Assembly: GCA_963775925.1 (NCBI GenBank)
Contig: CAVZKK010000012.1
Coordinates: 36,390-100,389, forward strand
Source: Candidatus Bathyarchaeota archaeon
GTDB taxonomy: Archaea > Thermoproteota > Bathyarchaeia > Bathyarchaeales > Bathycorpusculaceae
Direction: 5' to 3'
Length of the DNA stretch: 64,000 bases
In this document: positions 31,293 to 42,246 of the stretch, one piece after another
How positions within the stretch are numbered: position 1 is the first letter of the stretch
Layout of the letters: each line of letters starts with the position of its first letter
The notes under the pieces: generated by a model
Database searches by the model: none
What the model was told of the DNA's origin: nothing
Seen by the model: the letters and a program-made list of their open reading frames with translations, nothing else
Position numbers and translations under genes: made by a program

Positions 31293-32708
31293 TCACTTTC
31301 CTTTCTTGTCTTGTGTTGTTGGTTTTTCTTTCTCTATCTGCTTTTGTGCTTCTTTGACTGCTGTTACCCCCAATTTTTCAGCTATCGCTAGTTTGACTGC
31401 TGTTTCAAGAGGTAGCTTGTCTAAAAGAGATTTGACATCTATTCCCCGTTCAGCCATTTCGTAAAGCATTTGTCCTATGTCTGCACCAACTTTCGCACTT
31501 ACTGGGATTCCTAGTATATTGCTTTCTCCGCTTGTCACTATGCTTATCTTAGCAACTTTCAGACCTTCTGCCAATGCCGCAAATTGAGCTTTCTTAATGT
31601 CTACATCAGCCCTAATGGTCTCTAATGACAACCCTGCATCAGTGTATTCTTTCAATGCAAATGCTTTTTCCTTTGTTCCATCAGCTTCAGCAATAAGCTT
31701 TGCCTTGCTGACTTCAGCTTCAGCAAACCCTGTCTTCCTAGTGGCTTCAGCATCTCCATCCGCTTTTGTCTTTACAGCTTCAGAATCTCCTTTAGCTTGT
31801 TCGATTTTAGCTTGTGCTCCTACCTGCGCTGTTCCTACGTTCAGAACTCTCTGTGCCTCAACTTTCTGTCTGTTCGCTTCCATCTCTGCTTCAGCGATTT
31901 TCTGAGCTGCTTCCTGTTGTGACTGCCCTACTTTTTGGTCTTTCTGAATCTGACGTATCCTGTACAATTCTTCATTTTCTGCCTTTGCCATCTCCGTTTC
32001 TTTATTAGCTAGTGACTCCACTATACTAGCACCTTTTTGGTTATCAGCCACTTGCTTTCTTGTTTCAGCATTTATTAGTGTAGCTTGCCTCTGTTCAAGG
32101 TCTTTAATGACAGTGTAGTTTTCGATGTCCTTGAAGTGTATAACCTCTAGATCAACTAGCTGGACTCCCCAGTCCTTCAGAGGGTCATTAACTCTCTTTT
32201 TGACTTCCTGAGAGAACGCATCTCTGTGCCTCATGATTTCATATACTTCCATACTCATGGAAGCGTTCCTTGTTATTGCTTCTATTAGTTTTCCAACTTC
32301 TGCTTCCATTCTTGGAAAACCTGTTTTTCCTTCTTCTGCCTCAATTCTACCAAGTTTTTCAGCGGCTAGAAGTGGATCTACAACACTCAAGAAACATATG
32401 ACATCGCCTGAAAACTTTGCCATGAGTTGGTCACGCAATGGTATGCTATCAATTTCGATTCTTATGTTCTCTAATGGTATGATAAGTCTCCGCTGCAAAA
32501 TAGGAATATGCCAATAAGCACTTTGAAACTTTTGGCCTTCTAGCACTCTAGAGCAGAATACTTTTTTGCCTTTGCCTCTAGACACAACAACATGTGCTTC
32601 ATGCGGTGGAACAACAGCGTAACTCCACTTAACAAAAAGAACAGCAAAGATAACCAGTAGAACAACAATGATTATTCCCCAAAGCAGTGTCATACTCTCT
32701 TCAAACAT
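31293..32708 (-). CDS. SPFH/band-7 flotillin-like protein
   Basis: N-terminal transmembrane helix, SPFH domain, then a long Ala/Glu-rich coiled-coil with flotillin-type repeats (AEAEMEANRQKVEAQR...). Confidence 0.8.
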   Translation of the reverse strand: MFEESMTLLWGIIIVVLLVIFAVLFVKWSYAVVPPHEAHVVVSRGKGKKVFCSRVLEGQKFQSAYWHIPILQRRLIIPLENIRIEIDSIPLRDQLMAKFSGDVICFLSVVDPLLAAEKLGRIEAEEGKTGFPRMEAEVGKLIEAITRNASMSMEVYEIMRHRDAFSQEVKKRVNDPLKDWGVQLVDLEVIHFKDIENYTVIKDLEQRQATLINAETRKQVADNQKGASIVESLANKETEMAKAENEELYRIRQIQKDQKVGQSQQEAAQKIAEAEMEANRQKVEAQRVLNVGTAQVGAQAKIEQAKGDSEAVKTKADGDAEATRKTGFAEAEVSKAKLIAEADGTKEKAFALKEYTDAGLSLETIRADVDIKKAQFAALAEGLKVAKISIVTSGESNILGIPVSAKVGADIGQMLYEMAERGIDVKSLLDKLPLETAVKLAIAEKLGVTAVKEAQKQIEKEKPTTQDKKGK

Positions 32709-33024
32709 TTTTTCTCACTCCCCGTTCTTACTAGCTTATTTTGAATATAATCAAAAGCACCTATAAATAAGCTATCTTAGACGCACTCACTAAGAAACCG
32801 CTCACTGCAGGGGCTGACAGAAAAGCCTAAATTTTTTCATAGGTTTTTCAATTTCTATCACTAGAGCGAAACCTAACAGAACCCTTGGCGACGTCTGTCT
32901 TAAAATCAGAAAGCCAAAACCAAACTATCCCTTAGAAGTTGATGATAAAAAAACAAAAATTTTCTCAATTTATCAAGAAAGAGTAGACAATAAAACTCAG
33001 ACTAATATGCACGTTTATCTAGTT

Positions 33025-33546
33025 TTAGAAAGTTTCATAGTGAACGATTTCTTCGAGAGACCTTCTCGATGGAGCCTCTGGCCTTTCAGCAGCATGCCCT
33101 ACTGGAATAATGGCGACAGGTCGCATATTCATTGGCGCATTTAATGCCTTTTTAACTAACTCTTCTCGAAAGGCTCCAACCCAACATGTGCCCAAACCAA
33201 GTGCATGGGCTGCTAACAAAATGTTTTGTGTAGCTACCGCAGTGTCTTGAATGCAATATAAGGTGGTGCCTCGGCTGTCATATCCTTGACTTGACCGAAC
33301 TTCATCAGCGCATACTACGATTACGATCGGTGCTTCTTCGATGAATGTTTGATTCAGCGCCGCCTCAGCCAACTTTCTTTTTACTTCTGCGCCTCTTACA
33401 ATAACGAATCTCCAAGGCTGAATGTTTCCAGCAGAAGGTGCCCATCTCGCGGCGTCTATCAGTTTCTTAACTTCTTCTTCTGACACGTCTTCTCTAGTAT
33501 AGGCTCTGATGCTTCTTCTTTGCTTAATTGCCTCGAATAGGTCCAA
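33025..33546 (-). CDS. Nitroreductase-family (NADH oxidase-like) flavoprotein
   Basis: RRSIRAY...WAPSAGNIQPW start and overall 173-aa nitroreductase layout. Confidence 0.7.
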   Translation of the reverse strand: MDLFEAIKQRRSIRAYTREDVSEEEVKKLIDAARWAPSAGNIQPWRFVIVRGAEVKRKLAEAALNQTFIEEAPIVIVVCADEVRSSQGYDSRGTTLYCIQDTAVATQNILLAAHALGLGTCWVGAFREELVKKALNAPMNMRPVAIIPVGHAAERPEAPSRRSLEEIVHYETF

Positions 33547-33567
33547 GTTTTTCCTTCCAGCCTTTTC

Positions 33568-34206
33568 TTATGCTATTCGTATAGCAGTTTCTACGATTAT
33601 TCCATGTTCACTTATGTGGAATGGGATTAATCTCTGTGCGTAGATGGCTTTAGTCATCTTTTTGATTCGTATTCTTCTATCCACTGCTCCTCCGATCTCT
33701 TGTGCGAGGAATTCCATTGTGCCGTCTGTTAGATGCTGTATAGTTGCCTCATTTTGACTGTCTTGCATCCCGTGTGTGAGGAGTAAAAGATGGATTCCAC
33801 CGTACTTCTGTGCACCTTTCAACAATAGTTCAATCACATCAAGAATTGACTTGATTTTCTGAGTTAAGAGAAGATATGACAACGAATCCACTATTGTCCA
33901 GCAATTTTGCTCAATTCTCAAAGGTATCTCCATGAAGTCATTGGCGAAAATCCAGCGGTCACTTTTCTCTAACGGCGGAACCTCCCAGCCAAAGGTTTTG
34001 AAGTCATCTCTTAAGACATCAGGTGAGCGATTTGTTGTGAAGTAAGCAACTTTTCCTTCCTTAAGTGCATGGTAATACATGATTTGCTGGGCAAGAAGGT
34101 CATGCCCAGAGCCTGGTTCTCCATCGAATAAGATGACACTCTTATCTGGAAAACCGCCTTCCAGTACATCATCGAGTCCTTCTATCCAAGTTTTGACACG
34201 CTTCAT
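33568..34206 (-). CDS. KaiC-like RecA-superfamily ATPase
   Basis: GLDDVLEGGFPDKSVILFDGEPGSGHDLLAQQ (Walker A in a KaiC/RadA-like context). Single-domain, 212 aa. Confidence 0.55.
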   Translation of the reverse strand: MKRVKTWIEGLDDVLEGGFPDKSVILFDGEPGSGHDLLAQQIMYYHALKEGKVAYFTTNRSPDVLRDDFKTFGWEVPPLEKSDRWIFANDFMEIPLRIEQNCWTIVDSLSYLLLTQKIKSILDVIELLLKGAQKYGGIHLLLLTHGMQDSQNEATIQHLTDGTMEFLAQEIGGAVDRRIRIKKMTKAIYAQRLIPFHISEHGIIVETAIRIA

Positions 34207-34275
34207 AAAACTACCCCTTATAGGAATGCTCTTAGTGTTACTTTGATATAAAATTCATTCTATACCTCTGGTTTG

Positions 34276-34410
34276 TTAAGGCTTAGAGAATTCATAGTGG
34301 CATTTCGGACACATAATCAAGTCACAGTTTTTCCTGAAAGAACATGTTTGACACACTTTTATCGTCTCTTTTAAGTCAAATTTGTAACCGCATAGAGGAC
34401 ATTGAAGCAT
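34276..34410 (-). CDS. Small zinc-ribbon protein (44 aa), downstream of FeoB; not in the ORF track because it is under 60 aa
   Basis: Hand translation gives MLQCPLCGYKFDLKETIKVCQTCSFRKNCDLIMCPKCHYEFSKP, which has three CxxC pairs and a fourth Cys pair (CPLC, CQTC, C-x5-C, CPKC). Confidence 0.35.
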   Translation of the reverse strand: MLQCPLCGYKFDLKETIKVCQTCSFRKNCDLIMCPKCHYEFSKP

Positions 34411-34437
34411 CTCTTTCTGACTTACCATTTCTTCTTT

Positions 34438-36466
34438 TCACCTCAGTATCCCTAGATATAGGATTATGCGATAGGCGATGCCACCTACTAGAATGGCTAG
34501 AACAATTGTGAATAGCATTAGGAGAATAGCGTTTTTCCATCCTAATTCTCTTCCAAGAACTGCAACCGTTGCTACACACGGAATGTAAATTGTGACTACC
34601 AAAGCAAAGATGAATATTTGGAGAGGAGTCATGAAGACTAGTAGATTCTGAGCCCCAGAACCATATTGTGCTATTGCCAACGCAACAAGCAGTTCAAGAG
34701 TCAACTCTTTGCGAAGAACCCCCAATGTTAGACAGATTCCAGCAACCGCTGGCAACCCCAGCCAACTCTCAATGAAAGGACCTGTAGGTTTTGCAATAGC
34801 CCACAAGAACTGTGTCTCATAAAGCGCTCCTAAAACTAGGCTTCCCAACGTTACAATTGGAAACGCCACAAAGGCAAAGTCTCTAAATCTATACCACGTT
34901 TTCTTCAAAATCACTTGAAGGTGAAGGAACTCTGAAAGGAAACATCTCCATAACTAAACCAGAAGATTCGCCGGGAAGAAGCCTATGCAATCCTATGCCA
35001 ACAATGGCTATAAGTCCTAATTCGATGAGAAAAATGAGAACTGCATAGGGCCAGCCAACAAAAAATGCTACAGCACCAAGAATCACTGCTGTTCTCGCGC
35101 TACATGGAACCAGAACGATTAGAGTCGACGCTAAGATTCGCTCTCTCTTGGTTGTCAAAACTCTTGTACCCATTATCGCTGGCACGTTACAGCCGGCGCC
35201 AGTTAAAATTGGAATTATGGCTCTTCCATGCAATCCGAATTTATGCATAATGTTATCAGCCAAGAAGGCAATGCTGTTCAGGTATCCGCTATCTTCTATC
35301 ACTGATAAAACAAGATAGAAAGTTATTATGTAAGGCACACCGACGCTAAGCCACGCCAAAATTCCCTTGTCGACAGCCCACAGAACAACATTAGAAATAA
35401 TCCCAGGTCCGAAAACAAAATGAACAAAACCTACCATAGATGGGGAAACAAGAGAACTCCAGAAACTGTTAACAAGTTCACTTAAAAAACCGCCTACATA
35501 AAAAATGAATGCAAATATTCCCAATATCGCGAGAATCATAAGAGGGATGCCAGTTGTGGGTGCCACTGTAAAATGCTTCAGTTTCTCTGAAAAGAGGACG
35601 GGTTGAGCGATCTTGCTTTGTACTGCATCTGTAATTGTTCCTGCGAGACCGTGTCTTTCACGTGCTATTCTAATTCCTATAGGTTCGCCATGTTGTTTTT
35701 CAATTTGCCTACTCAACCTAGCTGCCAACTGAAGAATTTCATTTCTGCTTGTTTGTTGCCCAGCCAGTAAGTCGATGAATTCTTTGTCACCGTCAAGAAG
35801 TTGAATAGCCAAAGCTCTTGCCGACAAATTATACGGAATTTCAATTGAACTCTTTTGAATCGCTTCCTCAAGTGATTGAATCGCTTCTTCAATATCTTGA
35901 CCATACATGATTCTTGGTTTTTCTATCTTCCTTTCTCCTTTTGCAAAATCGGTAATGGCATGGATTAATTCGTCAATGCCTTCTCCACGGACTGCAACTG
36001 TTGGAATTACTAGCGCCCCTAAAAGTTTTGAAAGTTTTTCATGGTCTATTTTTAGTCCAATTTTTGCAGCATAATCGATGAGGTTTAAGGCTATTATGAC
36101 TGGAAGGTCTAGTTCTAGAAATTGCAATGCCAGATACAGGTTTCTTTGTAAATTGGAAGCGTCCACCACAACGACCACAACATTCGGATGCCCCTCTAAA
36201 ACCCCATTTCTTGCAACCCACTGGTCGTCTGAAACCGCACTTAAGGCGTATGTGCCTGGCAAATCGATTATGCCAATTTTTAAGCCATCATGCGTTGTGA
36301 TGCCAAAGTTCAGTTCCACTGTCTTGCCAGGATAATTTGCTGTAACTACACTGAGCCCTGTCAACTGATTGAAAATGCAGCTTTTTCCAACGTTTGGATT
36401 GCCAGCCAATGCTATTGTTAAATCAGTTTTTTCCTTGAACTCCTTCATGACTCGATGGCAGGACAA
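34438..36466 (-). CDS. feoB: Ferrous iron transporter FeoB, frameshifted near 34889-34914
   Basis: N-terminal G-domain (GNPNVGKS, DLPG), GDI-like domain, and a polytopic membrane domain continuing into the 34438-34914 ORF. Total about 680 aa. Confidence 0.8.
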
Positions 36467-36555
36467 TCAACCCTCAATCCTCTTTATCTCGTGCGAGGAG
36501 TTGCAGTTGACGTTTATGCCGACACTGCACAGGATCTGTGCCAACATTTTCTTGT

Positions 36556-37245
36556 TCAACTCCTCTTTACCCAAATCACAGAGGCAACGTTTCTTCCCAA
36601 AGCGTAGCTGGCGCCCATTGCCTTTACAATGATAGGACCATTGAAAGGCGCTTTTTCCTCAATTTTCACTGATGCGCCAGGCATTAAACCTAACGTTGCC
36701 AAATATTGCAATAGATCGTGTTTTTCTTCCGTTATTTTACTGATGACTCCGCCTTCACCTGGATTCAGGCTTATTAGAAGTTCTGATTTTGCTTCGTTCA
36801 TCTTTCCTAGTTCTGATGGTATTGGATTTCCATGAGGGCACGTTTGCGGGTTTCCCAAGGCTTTTTCGAGTGGTTTGACAATGGTTTCTGAGAGGTTATG
36901 CTCCAATTTGCATGCTTCATCGTGAACATTGCTCCAATCTAAATGGAGAACATCGGTTAGCAGTCTTTCAGCCAGACGATGTCTCCTTATTATCTTGAGG
37001 GCTAATTTTCGACCCTTTTCGGTTAGTTTTACACCTTTATACGGCTCATGCGTTACCAATCTGTGTTTTTCGAGGTGCTCAATTGTGTTTGTTATTGAGC
37101 CCGGCATTACCTTCAATTGACTGGCTAGCTGCATAGTTTTTGCTGAGCCGTCTCTTTGTTCAAGTCTGTAGATTGCTTCGAGATATTCTTCGGATTCTTC
37201 TGAAATAGAGTTTTTCTCCTTTTTTGTCATAGCGAGGTGCCTCAC
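36556..37245 (-). CDS. DtxR/MntR-family metal-dependent repressor with a C-terminal FeoA-like (SH3-like) domain
   Basis: N-terminal HTH (TMQLASQLKVMPGSITNTIEHLEKHRLV), metal-binding/dimerisation region, and C-terminal GASVKIEEKAPFNGPIIVKAMGASYALGRNVASVIWV. Divergently adjacent to feoB. Confidence 0.7.
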   Translation of the reverse strand: MRHLAMTKKEKNSISEESEEYLEAIYRLEQRDGSAKTMQLASQLKVMPGSITNTIEHLEKHRLVTHEPYKGVKLTEKGRKLALKIIRRHRLAERLLTDVLHLDWSNVHDEACKLEHNLSETIVKPLEKALGNPQTCPHGNPIPSELGKMNEAKSELLISLNPGEGGVISKITEEKHDLLQYLATLGLMPGASVKIEEKAPFNGPIIVKAMGASYALGRNVASVIWVKRS

Positions 37246-37415
37246 TTTTGATTACGAGCCATCGTAGTTTTACTATAACGACGTTATAGATAAACCTTCC
37301 CCCATATACTTTTCGTCCTTAGTGCAAAATGATTGTAAATGCTGATTTCGCTTCATGACCACTAATTATCAACTGTTAAATATCGACCATAGGAAGCTAC
37401 AAGTAGGATGCACTT

Positions 37416-37790
37416 ATGAAGTGCCCAAAATGCCGAGCTGAAATCATTTCCAATACGCTGGAGACTTGCCCCTATTGTGGTACTCCACTCGCTATTCCTT
37501 TTGCTGTTTCTTCTGAGAAGAACAAGAAAGCAGAGCGTGCTGTAAACCATGAGACTAGTGAAATAGCGAAAAAAATTAAAGAGGCTATTGAAGCGCAAAA
37601 AGCCATCTATAAACCTGAAAAAGCCAACCATAAACGTGAAAAGGCGAACGCTGTTAAGAAGTCAGAGAAGATGGAGAAAGTTGTTGAGAGGAAAAAATAT
37701 TCAACCTCTGACATAGTTATTCTCTTTGTTTCGCTTATCCTAACCTTTATTGTCTTAGCTCTGGCCTTATCTCTTCTACTCAGAAGGTAG
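37416..37790 (+). CDS. Zinc-ribbon protein with a K/E-rich linker and a C-terminal transmembrane anchor
   Basis: CPKC...CPYC at the N-terminus, a charged low-complexity middle, and a hydrophobic C-terminus. Confidence 0.4.
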   Translation: MKCPKCRAEIISNTLETCPYCGTPLAIPFAVSSEKNKKAERAVNHETSEIAKKIKEAIEAQKAIYKPEKANHKREKANAVKKSEKMEKVVERKKYSTSDIVILFVSLILTFIVLALALSLLLRR

Positions 37791-37938
37791 AAATCTAATT
37801 TTCCAAGTGTTCCTGACTTTCGTATGTAGATATCCGTTTAAGTAGAATATTGCCTTAGAAAAACGCGTATTTTCTCTTATTAATTTTTCAGCGCTATAAG
37901 CTTAAAGGCTTCAATTCCAAATCTTTTGAAGGGGAAAC

Positions 37939-39950
37939 ATGTTGAAAGAGACAATGACAAGCTTTGACATTGCAGCTGTATTTCGAGAAATAACTCCGAT
38001 AATCAAAGACACATTTATCGACAATATCTACCAAATCAACGCTGTTACATTGGTGTTTAATCTGCGCAAACCAAGCCAGACACCCATCAACCTGCTCATC
38101 GAGGCAGGAAGAAGATTCCACTTAACATCTTACATTGTCAGTAAACCATCAAAGCCTCCCGCTTTCTGCATGGCTATAAGAAAATACCTCAGAAACGGCA
38201 AAATTATTGAAGTTAGACAACATGAATTTGAGCGCATCATAATATTAGAAGTAAAGACAAGAGAAGGCAATTTCCAGCTAATATGTGAACTCTTCGGCGA
38301 AGGAAACATTATCCTAGTAAATCAGCAAAACCAAATCTTACACGCCTTAACTTATAAGAGAATGCGTGACCGAAACATTCTTCGAAACGAAATTTTTCAG
38401 CATCCTCCACCAAGTGGCAGAAATCCCCTCAAACTAAGTCTCGAAGAGTTTGATAAAGTCAGAACTATCGGAAAATTAGAAATCGTTAAGGGGCTTACAC
38501 AGTTTTTAGGTATTGGAGGACTTTACGCTGAAGAAATTCTTCTCAGAGCTGGCATTGACAAGAACACTCTATGCCAGTCGTTGACTACTCGGCAAGTGGA
38601 CGAAATTTTTAATCAACTAAATAACATTCTGTCTCTTACTACAACTGGAAAAACTGAACATTGCATCACAGTTGATGAAAAAGGCGAATTAGTCGATGTG
38701 ACTCCAATTCAACTAAGGAAATATGAGGGCTACAAGCAAAAGAAATTTGAGATTTCAGCGAAGCCTTAGACGAATATTATGCGGAAGCGGCTTTGAAGGA
38801 AAAAGAAGTTAGCGGTTCCAAGTCATTCGAGAAGGAACTGGCAAAACTTGAAAGAGTTCTTCAGAATCAACAGGGAACCATAGAGGATTTGAAGAAAAAG
38901 ATTGAATTAAACAAGAAGATTGGAGACCTAATTTACTCACACTTTGGAGAATTGCATGTTCTTCTTCAAGGAATTGTCGATGCGAAGAAAAGTGGGAAAT
39001 CGTGGGAACAAATAGTGTCTGATGTCGAAATCGGCAAGCAGTCTGGGCGCTCTCCTGCAACATTTTTCCATTCTCTGCAGCAAAAAGGTCTAATCCTAAA
39101 CGTTTCACTAGATGACCAAATACCTGCTTTAAACCTTCGACGTTCAATACAGGACAATGCAGCAAATTATTATGCAGAGGCTAAGAAGGCTGAAAAGAAA
39201 CTAGAAGGCGCTAACAAAGCCTTGCAGGAAACCCAAAACAAAGTTGAGGAATTGAAGCAGCATTGGGCAATCCAGATGAAGGAAACTCAGAAGCCTTTAC
39301 TTCGTAAAGCAAGAGAAAAGGCATGGTACGAAAAATTCCGCTGGTTTAACTCCTCAGAAGGTTTTCTCGTAATCGGCGGAAGAGACGCAGTAACAAACGA
39401 AATTCTTGTCAAAAAATACATGGAGCCTCACGATATTATTTTCCACGCTGGCATTGTAGGTGCGCCCTTCGTCCTAATTAAGACTGAAGGAAAAATTCCC
39501 ACCGAACAGACTTTGATGGAGTCAGCTCAGTTTGCTGCTTCCTATTCGCGAGCTTGGAAAGAAGTATCAGTGACAGTTGATGTTTATTGGGTCAAGCCAG
39601 AACAAGTAAGCAAAAGTCCGCCTTCTGGGCAATACGTTCAGAAAGGAGCATTTACAATCAAAGGAACCAAAAACTACTTTCGGAATATTCCTTTGCAAAT
39701 CGCGATAGGAATCAAAACTGAAGAAGAATACTTAAAAATTATCGGAGGCTCAGTTGAAGCAGTCGTAAAGCAAGCGAATGCTTATGTTAAGGTAGTTCCG
39801 GGTAAGTTGACCAGTAGCAAACTTGCGAAGCAGATAAGATTTTTGTTGGCTAAGAAGGCTCCTGAATCCTTGCGAAAAGGGATTTTAGAGATTCCTCTTG
39901 AAGAAATACAGAAGTTTATTCCACTTGGTGAGGGAGAAACTAAGGCATAG
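37939..39950 (+). CDS. NFACT-family protein (Rqc2/NEMF/FbpA homolog, ribosome-quality-control factor), frameshifted near 38755
   Basis: The NFACT-N domain start (SFDIAAVFREI...FHLTSY...PPAFCMAIRKYL) is collinear with the NFACT-R/C region in the second ORF. Combined length is about 660 aa. Confidence 0.65.
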
Positions 39951-40210
39951 TTATTTGCAAGTCTTCTTGTCTTCTCGTTTTCGTTTTTCATCTATTGCTT
40001 CTCTAATCCATTCTGATGGGTTGGCAACTTCGTTAAGGTATCTTGTCTTATCGATGCGCAAGCGTACTCCGTAATGGACTTTTTTATCGCTCATGTCCCA
40101 TCAGTTGTCATGTTAAGATCGGACTCAGAAATATCTTATGAATTTAATGTCATAATTTTTGATTCATAAATCATAATTTAATTAAACTCGAGTCTTATCT
40201 TTGATCTGCG

Positions 40211-40450
40211 ATGAACAGGACTAAAGTATATTGGCGCATGCACCAATTGTTTCATGGTTTTGGGTTGAGTTGTCTCGCTGGCGCTGTTTTTCTTCAGATG
40301 CTAGTTTTTGTGGATATAATTCAGAAGGGCTATTTTATGGCAGTGGAGAACAATAAATTGATAATGTCTTTGGAAGTTTTTCTAGCAGCATTTGCATGCA
40401 TTTATTTCATTCATTTGTGCCAGAAACTGATACGGTCACTTTTGCGCTAA
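40211..40450 (+). CDS. Small two-helix transmembrane protein (paralog of 28045-28284)
   Basis: 79 aa, same length and hydrophobic layout as the 28045 ORF. Confidence 0.45.
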   Translation: MNRTKVYWRMHQLFHGFGLSCLAGAVFLQMLVFVDIIQKGYFMAVENNKLIMSLEVFLAAFACIYFIHLCQKLIRSLLR

Positions 40451-40519
40451 AACGCTAAGACGTCAAGACGCTAACGTTCAAGAACATTTATATTTTCTAG
40501 TAGAAGACTTTAGCGCGGG

Positions 40520-40963
40520 ATGATTATGACTGGTATTCTTTTAGTTAGAGATTTTATGTCTACGAATGTCAAAACAGTAAGAACTGACGCGACCGTTAAA
40601 GAAGCTGTTAGTAAGATGAACAAGTTTAGGATTAGCTCAATTATTGTCATGCAAGGAAAGAGACCTGTCGGCATAATAACGGAACGAGATATTTTAGAAA
40701 GAATAGTTGAGCCTTGCATGGAGCCCACAGCGATTACGGCGAAGGAGATAATGTCTACTCCAGTCATATTTACAAGTCCAGATGTTGACATTGAAGATGC
40801 AGCGAGACTCATGACTGCTAAGAAAATCAAGAAACTAGCCGTAATAGAAAACGGTAAACTTGTTGGAATAGTGTCTTCCATGGATTTGATGAGTGCAAGC
40901 CCAAAACTTCTTAACCTGCTTGAAGAGCTCAGGCGAGCCAAACAACTGAAGAATGAAAACTAG
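40520..40963 (+). CDS. CBS-domain pair protein
   Basis: Two CBS motifs (MSTNVKTV...ISSIIVM and IMSTPVIFTSP...KKLAVIENGKLVGIVS). Confidence 0.7.
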   Translation: MIMTGILLVRDFMSTNVKTVRTDATVKEAVSKMNKFRISSIIVMQGKRPVGIITERDILERIVEPCMEPTAITAKEIMSTPVIFTSPDVDIEDAARLMTAKKIKKLAVIENGKLVGIVSSMDLMSASPKLLNLLEELRRAKQLKNEN

Positions 40964-41056
40964 TGTCGACTAAAAGAATTACCCTTTCAATGAAGAGAGA
41001 AGAACAAAATTATTTTTTATCTAGACGCTGAGAGGAGAGAAGAAAAACGGTTAAAA

Positions 41057-42197
41057 CTATTTTGTTATTTCTCTGCCTATTATAACTCTCATTATTTCGT
41101 TTGTTCCCCCAGCAGAAATTGTTTCAAGAGCATCTCTAAGAAAACGCATTATATGAAATTCTGGCAACGTCCCATATGCCCCATGAATCTGGATAGCCTT
41201 CAAGGCAGTTCTTCTGGCAACCTCACTTGAATACGCCTTCGCCATCGCGATTTCTTTCTGAATCTCCTTACCACTCTTTCCATTGTCAAGCAGCCAAGCG
41301 GTGTGGTAGGCTAACCATTTTGCAGCCTCAATCTCCATTGTCATATCTGCCAACATGAACTGCACTGCCTGAAGCTGAGTAATAGGTTTTCCATATAACG
41401 TTCTTTCTTTGGCAAACTTTAACGCTACCTCATAAGCCGCCTCTGCAACACCTAACGCAACGCCTGTACATCCAGTTCTGCCAATTTCCGAAATTGTCGC
41501 TAATGAAGCCTTAAGCCCATCTCCCTCTCTACCAACCAAGTTTGCTTTAGGTATTCTACAATTGTGGAATATGAGTTCTGACACTTCCATGGCTCGTAGT
41601 CCAGCATGTTTTTCTCTCATCCACTTCAAAGCCTTCCGTGCCCTTCTCTACAATAAATGTGCTTAATCCGTTTGGTCCTTCACCTGTTCTCGCAATAAAC
41701 ACGCAAATATCTGCTACGCTGCTGTTTGTGATGAAGCATTTGCTTCCATTAATGATGTATTCATCGCCTTTCGCTTTAGCCTTAGTCATAATCGAAAGTG
41801 GGTCAGAGCCGCCTGAAGCCTCTGTAACTGCCATGCACATTATTTTCTCTCCTCGCACAATAGGCGGAATATACTTCTTCTTCTGTTCTTCTGTTCCAAA
41901 ATTGAGTATCGCCCACAAGCCCAAAGGCGTGGCTTGAAGAAAAAGCCCAAAAGAAGCGCATGCGCGGGAGATTTCTTCTATGCTTATCATTCTTGCTAAA
42001 TGGCCCATCGGGGAACCGCCATATTCGGTGGGTATGACAATTCCTATGAGGCCTAAATCAGCAATCTTCTTTGCAATTTCTCGTGGAAATTCGGCTTTTT
42101 CATCTAGTTCCAGTGCCTTTGGCAGCAGTTCTTTTTCTGCAAACGTTCGCAATGTATTTTTTAATAGTTCTTGTTCTGGCGTGAGGCTGAAATCCAT
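41057..42197 (-). CDS. Acyl-CoA dehydrogenase, frameshifted near 41556-41629
   Basis: N-terminal alpha domain (MDFSLTPEQELLKNTLRTFAEKEL), middle beta domain, and C-terminal domain with the catalytic-region signature in the 41057-41629 ORF (QIHGAYGTLPEFHIMRFLRDA). Confidence 0.7.
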
Positions 42198-42246
42198 AAT
42201 GAACCCTCTGTCAATGATGCATAAGAAGCCTAAATATAATTTTAGG

